NCBI GenBank assembly: GCA_965113315.1
Contig: OZ220366.1
Source of the DNA: Podarcis vaucheri
Taxonomy: Eukaryota
Reading direction: 5' to 3' (one strand)
Length of the DNA stretch: 64,000 nucleotides
Shown piece after piece: positions 11,339-24,947 of this stretch. A program made the position numbers and the translations under genes. The notes beneath the pieces were generated by a model that was given only the letters and a program-made list of their open reading frames with translations, made no database searches and had not been told where the DNA came from. Position 1 is the stretch's first letter. Each line of letters opens with the position of its first letter.

Positions 11339-14118
11339 ATGTAGACTGGATCAATTCTGAGTGAAGGTTTTTACTGATTATAAGTTAGGTGGAAAAAGCT
11401 TTGAAACATATAGTTCCCTTTTGCTCCACATATCTTTGTGAACAAACATAAAAAAATCTGCTTGATGTTGAACCAGATTTGAGAACAAAAATAGGAAATA
11501 TTGCTCTGCTCTGAATTGTCCAGGAAGCAATTTTAACCACTTGTGGAAGAGTAGTGTGGAGGGATTTTGAACAGAGAGCTGACAGAAAAGCCCCTTCCCC
11601 CCTGTTGCTCTTTGCACTCTTGATCTTAGCCTTGGAGACTGCTGTGCTTTTCTTTACAACAACATAATGTCAGGGGAAAGAACATCACAACTCAGTGTCA
11701 CGTGTAGTTTAAACCTGACCTTGCTACCATGTGGCGTTCTAGATACCAAAATAAGTTTTGTTTCACTTCAAGTTTTTAATATGAACTCGGCACCAAAAAG
11801 TTTCTTTAGTGCAACTCCAAAACATAGTCGTTAAAACTATCCCATTAATGAATGAATGTCCCTCATTCTATACCTACCTACCCCATCTTAGAGACTAACA
11901 AAGAAGAGAAAGTAGATTAAAATTAAATCTGCAAAGAAATCTCTCTTACTTGGCCATTGATTCTTCAGTCTTTCTCAGAACATTTCTAGACATCTTCCAA
12001 TAATTCAGGCTTTTTTCATTTTCTTGTTATATGAAATGACAGTCCTGCAGTTCTCACAATCGATTCAGTTTAGGTTACATGCACATTTTTTAATGGCAGG
12101 GTAACATATATAACAACTTCCTATTTTTAATTCTTATTTTACTTATTCTACAAACTGGGAGGCTAACGGGTGCTGAAATAGCATACCTAATTTGTTGTAC
12201 CAAAGCCTCTCACACCTCATACTCACTGCAGAAGTGCACTTGGTTAAAATAATAATGAGACCACAAGCCTGTGTTGACTGATGCCACATTTCACTTTCCA
12301 TTGTAGAATATAAAAAAATTGCTGAACAACCAAATCTGGATAAGAAAACTTCAACACTACTTCAGAAAGTTCAGCCTTTCCCCTCGACAGAATCCGAATG
12401 CCTTACAATCGTCAGAAAATCAAAAGAATCTATGTTCAGCATTTCTGAAAAACTGAACTGACTTCTTATGTCAAAACATGGATGCATCTGTATTGAGCAA
12501 CATAAAATCAGAAGTCACTTGCAGGTGTTTGAGCTCTACTACTTACTAATTCTTGGGAGGAAGTCACACAAGTATTCCTATAACTTTCTGGAATAATTAT
12601 AAAACAAAGCTATCTTCATTCTCTCTCTTTCCATTTCTGTGTTGTGTTGAAATACACTCCATTACCTAGGCTCCTATAGGGTTTCCTTGACAAGAATTTC
12701 AAGTAATCTACCGAAAGGAAGAGAACTTCACTTTTTGATCATCTTTGACGGAAAGCAGGTTTTGAGGGAAGACAACAGGTAGGAGAAGATTGAGATCTTA
12801 GTCCTGAGTTTTGTACTGAACAAGAGAAAAATAAGTCTTAACTTCTGTCATCTTGCCACTCAGATTTCTTCTTTAGCCCCAGAGAGACAATAATAAGGAG
12901 CATATAGATCAACAGGAGGGGGAAATGCAAGTAGGAATATTAGTTCTAGAACAAATTATACCATGCTGAGGAATCAACTAGAAAGTTGCAACAATTTGCC
13001 TTCATTATTATTATTATTCCTTTTAGCAGCAGGTACATCAACCGAATCTAGCTTCCAAAGTAGATTCAGTTGGAAAATCAACAGCAAAAAGGATTTGCCA
13101 AACTGCTGTGGCAGGGGGTCTTCTGGAATTAAATGTAGTGAAGACAATTAAAGAACGAAGTCACATTAATCCTTGACAGCTGAAATAAGTCTTGTAATTC
13201 AAATGATTTGCATCTCAAATAATTCTAATTTCTAAGTTATATTTGGATCTTTCCCCTCAAAACGCAAGATTAATAACATATACATTTAACCCAAGAACCC
13301 TTGGGAAATTATACTTTCTATGCTCTGAACTCACTGGTGTGTTTGTTTGCATTTCCTCCCATAGAATTAGTAAAGGATTCATGTGCTACTTGTGAACTTT
13401 AATTTGCCTTTCATTTCCTGCCCTTGTTTGAAGATGTGTAGATTGATATTTATATAGAAAGTGCAGATGGTGCCGTAAGCAACTCATCAGCCCCCCAATT
13501 TACTATTACACCGAAATAAATATGAAGCTATGTGACCCCCAAAGTTATGTATTTTAAGCTTATCTCCTCAAATCTAGTATTGCAAAAGAGAAAAGAAAAT
13601 CTCAAGGCCTCAGAGCAACGACACTGGTTCTGGGCAGAGTCCACACTTTGACTCCTCAAAAGGATCTTGCTTGTATGGTAGGGCTCATGTGTGAAATTGT
13701 GAACTAAACTGAAATACAGGCAAATCCCCACTTGCACACATTTGCATTGCACACAACCACGTGCCAAAAGGGGGTAAGGTGGGGGTAGAAGAAGTTGGAA
13801 TGGACTTGCACACATCCTGCTGACAGGTGCAGTGACCCAGAATGGAATTCCCATGTAAGTGGGGGTACACCTGTAATTAAATGATTTATAGAGCAGAAAA
13901 CACATTGTGAAAGTGATCAGGATTTACTTTGTTTTTCATTATTTCCATGCCAGCGAAGTGTATATAACTACTATGTGCTACGTATGCCTCAATGCTAGAT
14001 CTTCATGTCCATTATAGCTGTGTAAATTTTGGAGGCATAACAGGGATTCTGTTACTAAGAGCTACTGGAACTTTTATTTGCTGAAGCCTTTTTAGACGGC
14101 TAAATCTGCTCCACTTGC

Positions 14119-14837
14119 AGTTGCGGTGGACCACGTGGCCACCTCCTCCCCTCCGGAGGTTCCTGGCCATGTCATTCGCCAGCCGGCCAATCTGCTGGCT
14201 GGTGTGTGTGTGTGGCTGGGCCCCATTTAAACTGAGGCACGAGCCAGAGAGCTTCCTCTTGGCTCGCTTCCTCCCTCCCTCCCTATTTTTCAGATTTCGA
14301 CATTAGCCTTGCTATGGACCTTGGTTGGTCACCACTGAGGGGTCTGGTAGGAATTTTTCCACTTGGCAAATTGGCATGGGCCATTTGGTTTTCATCTACC
14401 TCGTATCAATTGCCACAACTTTGTAAGGTTTAGTGGTTAGGCATTGGTTGGTCATATGGGGAGGTGAGGTGTGACCATCACCTGCACCTCCAAGCTTAAG
14501 GGTATTTCCTTAAAGGAATCCAGGGGTGTGGATCTTGTCTGAAGCCCAGGGCAGGGCTAGGGCCATGCCATGACCCCGTCGGGAATCCAGGGGGAGAGCT
14601 CGAGTTGGTTTCCATTGACGGGGCTCCTCCTACTGGTGGTTGATCCTTTCTGGACTTTCTGCATGACGGGCAGGAGTCAGATACAGCTGGATCAATTCCA
14701 ATGCCTAAGCCAATACCGCTCATATTTTGTAACCAAGAAAGTTGTGGCCTAAATTTGCCCAATAACATTAACCTAATATCCGTGTCCTTGTGTCTTATTC
14801 ATCAACGAGGGGGTGGTCTCGGGGTCTCGACACACAA
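14119..14837 (+). mobile_element. Solo-LTR-like element family 1, copy 1
   Basis: CCAAT 14187, ATTTAAA 14225, variant polyA signal AAGAAA 14735; collinear similarity to the 50705-51400, 56121-56880 and 32026-32638 copies. Confidence 0.8.
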
Positions 14838-17188
14838 TGTGGCTTTTCGTAAGCCTGTTTGGAAAATGCCGAAGAATTAAACTCATGCTGAATGTAGGAC
14901 TATGTAAGAGTAGCATCTGAAACAGTAATGTGGCAAGATCTGACTACAAAGCAAGTTCAGAAATAGCAATCTGTGGCGTGTTAGGCAAGTGCTTAAACTG
15001 CTCACCACCTCCCAGCTTTAGAAAATATTCTTGTGCTGTTAGGCCAAAAGAGATCAGGTAACATTCCCTGACCCATAAGCAGCCTCTGGAGCAGGCTTCC
15101 TCACCAGCCTGAGTAACAGATACGTAGATATGTAAGGCAAGGATACCAATGTTAAATACATGTATTCCTGCTATACAAGTCAAAATCACCTGCCACTGTG
15201 TTTTGTTCATTGTTGTTAATTGTGAAATCAAAAGTAAGACATTGCATTTTGCATCTCATAAACAGTCATTTCTGTAAATAAACATGGGCAACAGAAGGTA
15301 TTTTATTTATTTTATTTCCCATTGTAATTTGAATAAGATGGCGTTGGCATGGATTTTATGTTCAAGTACTGGCTATTGGGTAGATAATCCATTATTAAGC
15401 ACTCATTATTTAACTAAAGGAATAAACCAAAGGACAAGTTCCATATTAAGCCTATGCATTTTACTATATTTATTATAGAACAAATGTCAGAACTACTCTA
15501 GTTGTAAGTAGCATATAGCAGCAGCTTGTCTTCAGGATATTCTCGTGTGTTCCATTTCTTGCACCAAACAAATAGCTCTGTGTTTTTAGGCTAATGTGTA
15601 ATGCTAGAGAGCTCATCACATATAGCTCCGAAACTATACTGATCTGCTGATTTTAAGCGTCAAGCTGATCTCAACTCATTTTGTAAGACAGAAATGGGAA
15701 CCACAAATGCACCTTCATGATGTACCATTTTTTGATGCACGCCGCGGGTAGGATGGGAAAGAACACATTCCATGTGTCAATATTTATGCTGCGATTATGG
15801 AGATGACTTCATAGCGGGCACAGTTGTGTTTTTACTTGAAAGGCTGTGCTAAATCTCAGCTGTACACATTGGGACCTAATAACATTTGGAGACCACATGA
15901 GCTATAGGAACGGCAATTTGCCATGTGCTGACTCCAAGTGATAGCAAGCTTCCCAGCAATTGATTACTTGAATGTGCCTTCACTTAAGTCACTTCCAGGA
16001 CCATTTTGTAAACACCACAAGTTTTTTGGTCATTAGCTACTTCATTAAAAGAAAAACAAAAGAGATAGAGAATAAATGCTGGCATCACACATTTGTATTT
16101 GCTGTTTTATCCTGAAGTGGTAACAGAAAAATCTGGCTCTCAAGCCTGTTTACTTCCCAATATTGGCCTATTTTCCAACTTTTTATTCTTTTAATTTTAA
16201 TATATAATCAAGATTAGAAAATCATATTCCCACAGAGAAGAGCATAATCTAAAATTGGCACAGCTAGTGTTTGCTGGGAATGCAAGAAGAGAGAGATGCC
16301 TCATTTGCTTTTAAAATTGATACATTGAGTATAGCACATGTAGGGAAGAATTAACTAACTGTAGCAAAATGTTTTTCTCAACTGCTTCTCTCTGTTGGAA
16401 ACCCCACTATCAGACTTAAAAAACAAAGATAATGAGAAAGGCCTGTAAGCTGCAAAAAGGCACTGTCTATCTTTAATCATTTCAATCCCAGTTTAATGTG
16501 GAATATTATGAAGTAGAACAGTCGTCCTTTTTCCAACATCATTCTCAAATATATCCTTTTACAATTCTAATCCGTTTCTTTTTGTTTTGTTGCTAGGGAT
16601 CATTTTTCAAGGCTCCATCGCCCACAGTGGAATCTGAATTACAACAAACAAAAAGCTGCAACACTTTGAAGATGAAAGTGAATATAAATGTTGCCAACAG
16701 CACAATGCAAAAAAGCAGGAAGTAAGACATGGGCTACATGCTGGTGTCTGACAATAGCACACATATGATATTCAGGATGCTGATGAGAAAACAGTGGTAG
16801 CAATATCAGCTGAGGTCACAATTTGGACGTAAAAGGATGATGCAGCAAACTTACCAGGAAGCCCCAGTAGGTAATGTCTGTTGAATAAAATCCCTCCCAT
16901 CAAATATTTTAGCATAATGTAGATCTTGATTAATGCTCATTTTGCTACAATAGTCTGCAGCATCTATAAATATGCTATGAATAGGATTACCTGCTGACCA
17001 GAACACACATAATATTTATATGTACGTGTATATACATGTGTAAAAGTTGTCATTTCAGGGAAAATAAGTCTACTAACAAAACCTGCCTTCCACCTATTCA
17101 CACCCAACCTTTTTATAGCCACAGCTTTGGCCTCTGCATTCTGCTGCCGCCTCACCACTGCACTGTGTTCTGAAACTGTTAGTGTTAG

Positions 17189-17408
17189 GGATCCATTTCG
17201 GAGCCCCGTTTGCATCTTGAAGCGAACGCAACCCACATCTGCGGGTCACGATTCGCTGCTTCCGCGCATGTGCATGACGTCATTTTGAGCATCTGCGCAC
17301 GTGCGAGCGGCAAAACCCGGAAGTAACGTGTTCCTTTACTTCCGGGTCACCACGGAGTGCAACCCCAAAACGCTCAACCTGAAGCTACTTCAACCTGAGG
17401 TATGACTG
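17189..17408. mobile_element. Tc1/mariner-pogo (Tigger-like) MITE, one end missing
   Basis: Right end CAACCTGAGGTATGACTG followed by TA; internal CCGGAAGTAA/TTACTTCCGG palindrome. Confidence 0.7.
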
Positions 17409-20400
17409 TACTTCTTTCAACATTCAGCTTCAGTGGATGACCCTGAGTTATAGTATTATGATATGGTAGAACAAGATGCAGGGAACTCAACTTTATTCAC
17501 ATCATGCAAAATTTTATACACCTCTGCCATGTCCCCCTTATTTGCCTATTTTTTAAAAAACCAAAAAGCCACAGATTAATTCAGTATTCTCAGTCTCTAG
17601 TGTCACACAGTTATATAAAACTAGTCAGAGCAAATGATGGTTGGGGGACAAGCATTCAGTGTGTGTAAATGTGACAAGACGACATCTACATTAGGGTGTG
17701 CACCAGGATATCATCTTTCTATCAATACTCCATTATTTTTATGGCAGGTACGTTCATTTGCTAGCCACATCCAGATACTGCTCTGGAAATACTTGTTTTT
17801 TGGAGTGTGGGATATATTTAAATCTGTAAAATAAAATATAAAAATGTAAATATTCAACTGCATGCAATGGATAGGAATGAAGGGTGCACTGGTTGCTTTT
17901 GGTAATGGAAATGCAATCTGTATTCCACCATTATCTACATGCTTGTGAGCAATTTCACACTTTTGCAAATTGCTGCAAAATAATCACTAAGAGTGGGTGG
18001 CATTCTCAAGCTGCACACCCTATTATGGCTAAGCACAATTACACTTTTCAAACACTTAGGTATTTCACAGGAAAAAAGAAATCAAGAAGAAACAACACCA
18101 TGATTTTAATTAAAAACAAACCAACATTTCATTTTTATTCCTTCTTATTAACATTATTTATGTGCTATTTGTAAGGCTCTGTGCTTTAGATTTAGTAAAG
18201 GTATAATGTAGATTTTAAAAATATATGCAGACAAGTTAATAAAATTCATACAAGAGAATCTTTTTAGAATGCACATGTGCAATTTCAGTCCATATGGCCT
18301 TTTCTAACATTAAAGATAACTATTGCTTCTGGAAATTGTCCCATAAATGTTAGAAAACTACCCTCTAAATTATAATGCAATTTTCTTTTTTGAATGGAAT
18401 TTTAACATTTGGGTAACTATTGTTTTAATCACCAATGCATTATAGTTCATTTATTTGTTGCAATTATTTGAAGGGAGTGCCTCCGCCTAACTTTCATTTG
18501 AGGACAAATTAAATAGTATAAGCCAACTGGTGAAGAGCACATTTAGAGGTTTTATTACATAAGGTACTTTTATTGGCTCCTGAATGGTGGGGTTTGATTT
18601 GAAGAAAGGATCAGGAAGCACCAAAAACAACCCAAAAGCAGTGCAAGATTGTGTAGCAGCAGTAGCAAATTGCATTCATTGTTGGGTACAGTCTAGACGC
18701 CTATGCATGCAAAGGCTTCCTGTTCTCTCAGCCATGAACAGAAATTGCCCCCACACCCCAGAGTGAGGACTAACACATAAGAATACTGCAGTAAATGCTT
18801 GGTTTCCCTGATTGGGCCATACCACCCCATCTCAAACCCTACACCGCCATTATACATGGGTGAGGTTCTCATTGCCACCCGTCATGACAAGGTGAGCTGA
18901 GGGGGACCCTGTTTCTCTACTCTGTTCCTACTGCCCAGCATTCAGCAGGGCATGAGAAGCCCAAAACACTTCTTCCCAGCAAGAAAAAGCCCTGCCAGGT
19001 GTGGGTGAGTGAGTGGGGCAACTTTTCTCCACTGGCAAAAACTGGTGAATTCACAGCTGTGAATTCAATGGGGAATTCCAATGTATGTGCATAGTAGACT
19101 TCCCTCCACAGGTAAGAATGTTTTGACATCAGCCAAACTATACTTACAAGTATATTACAGCATTATTTTCTTCCCATATCCAACTGCACATTTTTTGACT
19201 AGTTGGGGCAGAATCTTGATGAGGATGAATATTTGAATGCACATCCCATTGAATATAATTGCAGTTATTGATCTTTTGATTGACTAGGTAAAAGTAAATA
19301 TTTCTCGTATGGATTCCTAACTATACAAATATAGGGCTTATCTTAACTAAGATTTGGACCATTGGAAACCCCTTGAATCTGCAATACTGGGATGAGTGAC
19401 TATTGACAAGTGAATGCTTTGTTGTAGTAAATTTACCATTTTAACTAATTGTTTCTGCCAAAATGACTCTGCACTGCCAGCTTTTTGGTGAAGTGGTAAA
19501 AGAGCCAAAACATCACTTTCCAAAATGCAGTTGGCTGTAGAGAAGGGCAGATTTCATATCCTGGAACTGGCAACCAAGCATTCTGCTCTTCCAACCTCCC
19601 AGTCATTTAATTGATGGAGGCACTGTGAACAGCCTTAGGCAATATGAATAACACTATAATTCTCTTATTTGCATGCCCTTCTGGGAGAAACTGAAAACAA
19701 ACCCAACTTACAATTCTATGGGGAGGGGGGTTTGGCGGGGGGAGGACGCCTCTTCTTGACCATTATATTAGCAAGGGCTAAACAGAGGCCACCAACTGCT
19801 CAAATAAAAACTGGCCCTTATACATATTAGAAATCACCAATCTGGCTTAAACAAGGCAATTCCCTTTTATGACAAGCTTGTGTTTTGTATCTACTGAGGC
19901 AGTTTCAGTCTTGCAGTTACTATATTCGTAAAATTGTTATTATCTTCCAGGGAACTACAAACAAAAGACAAATTGAAAGTCCTGCTCCAGAATGGTATGA
20001 ATGACCGAGCCCTATTCTCACCTTCTAAATTAAATGTGTGGAAAGAGGAATGGTTCTGCGCCTGCAGGGCCACCTCAACATCCCCTGTTCAAAGAGCAGT
20101 TTGGAAGATGAGAATAGATGGAACAGTTTGGAAGATGAAAATAAGTGACAAAACTAGATGGCACACAAAAATCCTACCCGTTTCCCTTTTATCTTCTTCT
20201 GTCTTGTTCCTCGCTCTTCCTGTTTACCTTTATTTCAATTACTATTCACTGCCAGGAGGAATGATGCCACTGCTAAAGAGGTGGCAAAACAGATAGAAAA
20301 GTTTTAAGAAAAACTGCTGCCGCTGTGCTGCCATCTTGGAAAAAGCATTTGCCCAGTTTCATAGTCCCATCACTGAAACAAGAGCCCATTTACAGGCCAT

Positions 20401-21116
20401 TTCTATCTGGCCCCACATTTTGAGCTGGAAGCTTTCCATTGGGTATCTGCATGTTTCCCTAACATAGTTTAAGTCTCTCCATTCTAATGATAGGATTATG
20501 GAGAATACCATTCGGGAGCTGTTATGCTTCGCGGAGCTTCATAATCTTTAATCCTTTTAATGCTATCTTTTGCTGCATCACTGATGCCCATGCAGACGAA
20601 CAGCCTGGGGTAGTTAGTGGGTTAAATAAAAACTGGCAGCCTTTATTTGACGTCTCTGTTGAAGTCCCCACAGCTCCTCTGGATGCTGAATCAGGTCAGT
20701 AAATAGGCCACTCAGTTGTTCTCAGAAATAACTACCCACATCTTTCTTCTTTCTCTTGGGAGGGCAGAACTCTCTCTTTGAAATAGTTTCAGAAGTAATC
20801 CACAGCTGGAAGCCCCATGACTACTTGATAGTAATAGGGAGCTCCTCTATGAGAGCCTGCAAATCATGCAGCCTCATAGTAGATGGTCAGAGGATTACTG
20901 TTTTGAGACTGCACCCCCCCCTGGGAATTCTGTTTTTTGAGGGAAGCATATGTGCACTATATATGACACAGACATCCAATGTTGGAAGTTTCAGTACAGA
21001 TAAAGTACTTCTGCATGGAATGCATAGTTAAACTATAGAACTCACTCCCATAGGAGACCACAAAACTGCATGACTTTAAATGAGAGATGGACAAATTCAT
21101 GGAGGACAAGGCCATG

Positions 21117-21117
<1 letters not shown>

Positions 21118-21158
<41 letters not shown>
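21118..21158. repeat. (TA)n microsatellite
   Basis: Direct reading. Confidence 0.97.
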
Positions 21159-21164
<6 letters not shown>

Positions 21165-21960
21165 TAATATGACCAGGTTTTATTTTCTACACATTTTGGT
21201 CAGCTTTCACAGCTGGCCATTATTTTTGGTTGCTCCCCCTCAAACCACCCCACTGTGAGACCGCTGCACATCTGTGCAGAGACAGATCCCTGGCCTTTTC
21301 CAAAGTGCTGGGGCATTAACAGAAGACTCTGAGGGCAAGGCTCTCCTATCATGCTGGGCTTTGCACACTCAGAAGTTGTAAGTGGGGTCCTACCTACTTC
21401 CATGAAACTGGTACCAAGCAGAAACGGGTGCAAAGTGAGATGCTGCCCTCTCATGCCAGTCTTGCATTCTTGGCAAGGTGCAAATAATTTTTGTTCTTTT
21501 TCAAATTCCATGCTGACGCTGAGCAGATGGTCAATGGAAAGAGTTTCATACTTGCTAACAGTGACGAGGGTTTTTGTGCGAAACCCATCTTATGATTCAG
21601 GTGTTGTTGTTTTTTTAAAAAGCAACTAGGTATAGCAGTAGTGAGTGGAAAGCCCACAAACAGTGCATTTTGAGGTGGTAGTGGAACACCAAAGAACTTG
21701 GATTCATGTGATCACCTGAGGGGCTTAATTCTCAAACACCTCAGCTGTGCCATCCTGGAGGCTGAAGGGCAAGAAATGTGTGAAAAACCACCTCTTCATT
21801 TCCTTCCCTGGCCACTGGTAGGGCATCAGATGCACAGTGGATCTGCTGCTCTTGCCTATGGAGTCTGCTCATCTTCAACACATGTAAGAATAAGCTTTTA
21901 AACCTCACTGAGAATCTCCCATCTCTTTCTCTCTCCTCCCCAAAAAACCCATCTTCTTCT

Positions 21961-23107
21961 GGGGGGGCACCAGGGGGCGCATTGGAAGATGGCCGACAAT
22001 AACATCTCTCCGACCCACACGAGGTAATTAAGAGGCTGATATGGGAGTACGCAGCCTCCCTTACCCTCCCAAGGGAATGGGAGGGGGACTGCCTTGCCAG
22101 CGGTGTCCATAATTCACCCCCGGATTCGAAAGAAGGGGGTGTGGGCACTTGGCACGAAGCCCTTGAGTGAGGCCGGCTCTCCTGGACACTGTCTCTAATT
22201 CGTGCACTGGTTTGCATTAGCTCAGAATATATAATTGGAAATAATATAATTGGAAAGAAGCTCATGCACATACATCAAGTGAAGATCGGGAGTAAAGACT
22301 GCTGATTAATGGATCTCTGGGAGCGGAGTGACGGGCTGAACAGTAAATCAAGTGAAGAATCACCATTAAAAGACTGGTACGTTGGAGTGAAACAGAAAGA
22401 GGGGGAGGAAAAAACTTTTCTTTTTTTATCTTATGTGAGTACCAATAACCCTCCCCTCCAGAAAGAAGAACCGTTGCAAATTATTAATCACAAGTAGGAG
22501 ATCAAGAACTGTGTGGAAATGATCAAAGAGACGATTGGTAAAAACATCGGGGAATGGAAAGTTTTATGACACAGTTACTAATGGTGTTTCGCTAAGACAG
22601 GCTTGCCTATAGAAGGACGAAGGGGAGGAGGACCAGGGTCATCGGAATGTGAATGTATGGTTATCGGAATGTGATCTTGACCTGGCAGAGCCCCTTGAGA
22701 TATGTTTGGCAAGCCTGGGGAAATCAATGGACAGACGGAGAGAATGTTCTTTATGGAGGTGTGGAAATGGCGTCTGTTCTTTATGTGATATGATTTTTGG
22801 AGAGTGTAAAATCCACACAGAGGATGTTTGTTTTCAACCCGCTTGTGAAGACTATCAGAGATCGCAAAGAAAGGAATATATGATAATAACAAGAAGATGA
22901 GGAAAGTAACAAAGAGACTATCTGGACAGAACTGGATAGAAGTGTTTAATTAAAGCAGCAACATGAGTGATGTTTGGTCCCCTTTCAGAGCTTGATGTAT
23001 GGGTACCCCCAACAAAAAATTAAAAATCTGGCTGTATAATTTGGAATTAATGCGATTTGGAATTAATGTGATTTGATTGGCCTGTTAATAAAAATTATAT
23101 TTTTTTA
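21961..23107 (+). mobile_element. Non-autonomous, internally deleted L1-like element (~1.15 kb)
   Basis: 18-bp TSD AAAAAA(C/T)CCATCTTCTTC at 21942-21959 and 23108-23125; G-rich start with AAGATGGCC (YY1) at 21986; degenerate ORF2 C-terminal motifs (WRCG..C, VWSPF); AATAAA near 23088. Confidence 0.75.
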
Positions 23108-23469
23108 AAAAAATCCATCTTCTTCCAGTACTGAAATAGGAAATGGCACCCCCGTTCTCTCTTCTAAGGCACTGCTACAGATGTGAAGATTGGTAAACAA
23201 ATGAACAAACAAAAAGAAATCCCTTTTGTAGCACAGGTATGCTTTGCTTCAGTTCAGCATAATAGTGGTCATAATGCTAATGTTTAATGTTAAATATTAC
23301 TATCATTATATTCAACGGAACATACTATTTTAGCAGTATGCACTCATATAGATGGATATAGGACATGGTTAACATGAAAGTAAAGTAAGTTTGTGGGTCT
23401 ACAGACACATACTTCTAAATATGTGATGGTATGATTGTGTATAAATATACATTTATATAAATATTTGTG

Positions 23470-23800
23470 CATGATTGACATTAAATATTCTCCTAATTGT
23501 TTTAATTGCACGCATATACCACAGATTATTTAACATGTTCACAGCAGTAACTATCAGCATCTGCTGTTAGACCTGAAAGGAAATAACATATTATGAAACT
23601 GCCGTAATTAACTACTTATAGAGTTACTATGGAAACAAAATGGACTCACACATGTATCACAGCTGTGTATGATTATGGAGCTGTTATTTTCATTGTTCCT
23701 ATGGCTAATTAAAAAAATACATTCTTTCAAATTTGACTTCATTTTGTTGGATTTTCATCCAAATAACGTTTTGTGTTTAACAACTATCTGAAGTTTATTG
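23470..23800. promoter_or_regulatory. Candidate conserved enhancer with RFX X-box
   Basis: GTTACTATGGAAAC at 23623-23636, several TAATT sites, CAGCTG E-box. Confidence 0.4.
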
Positions 23801-23859
23801 CCTTAATAAGAACATAAGAAATTTTTCTGGGTAAGAATGTTCTCACAGCGGAACACAGG

Positions 23860-24030
23860 GAAGGAATATAAGGAGCTGTCTCCTACCAAGTCAGACCAAA
23901 AGTCCATTTAGCTCAATATTACCTACACTGACTGGCAGTGCCCTTCCAGGATTTCACCCAAGGGTCTTTCTCAGCCCTAAACAGAGATGCCAAGGATGGA
24001 ACCAGGGACCTTCTGCATACAAAGCATAGC
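23860..24030 (-). mobile_element. Old tRNA-derived SINE with CR1-like tail (Squam2-like)
   Basis: 'gagatgccaaggatggaaccagggaccttctgcatacaaagca' (reverse tRNA head) and 'agtcagacca..gtccatttagctcaata..tacactgactggcag' tail. Confidence 0.65.
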
Positions 24031-24947
24031 AACATATTAGTAATGTATTTTTAAAAAATTTAGGGTTTTTTTGGGGGGGGAGTTTTACATGTGTTTGATT
24101 CTATTTTAAATTGCATTATTTTATTGATTTTTTGTTTGATGCCCTGGACTTCTTTGGGAGGAGGGGTAGGAGAGAAATGTAATAAAATAATGGCATAGCC
24201 TCATAAGGCCCCAGAATATCCCTTGTATGAGTAATGGAATGAAGAAGCAAACACTGGACGTACCCTACCCCATTCATTTATAGAATCTAAACTGTGAACC
24301 AGAGCTTGCATATGCCACATATGAGAAGGCTCTGCTTATATGATGCACCTTGAAGAGAAGGGTGGGCAGATTGCACGGACAGAGCTGATTTCTGTAAGCA
24401 TGAAATCAGTTCCGGTATGCAGTACAAGGTTCACAGCAGAAGTTCTGGTCACTGTGTGGGAGGAGCATATAAATTCAAGGCTCGTTCCTTTGGCTTCCTA
24501 TGTCTAAAACTGTACCGGCCATTATCTGCTATGCAGAATTTGGCGTCAGGAGAAACTCAGCTGTCATTATAACAGGAGGTTTCTTGTTCTCATGCCTGCA
24601 GAGAAAATCTCTGAAACAGTGCTGTGAAATATCAAATAAGAGAAAGGATTAAAAGTTGGCAGGAGATGTGACCTTCGAGCCTTACACTGGTCCTAGTCAT
24701 TTCCTTAAACAAAACTTATCTTTCCAGCTTTGTTGGTGTGGCCCATCACACTGCAATATTGTGAAGCTTTGTTTTTCAGCAATCATTTGCTGATTCATAT
24801 TTTAACAAATTCTGTTTGTTATAAGGGTACATTATAAGCAAAGCCTACCAAGACTGAAATACGACCTCGAAAAAATGGCTGTTCCCTAGTACAATAAGCA
24901 AAGTCTAGCCAAAATTGAAATTACCTAAGGCTGCAAACCTGTACACC

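Noticed and set aside
21741-22271. 176-aa minus-strand ORF
   Set aside because: It crosses the L1-like element's 5' junction into flanking DNA and has no recognisable motif.
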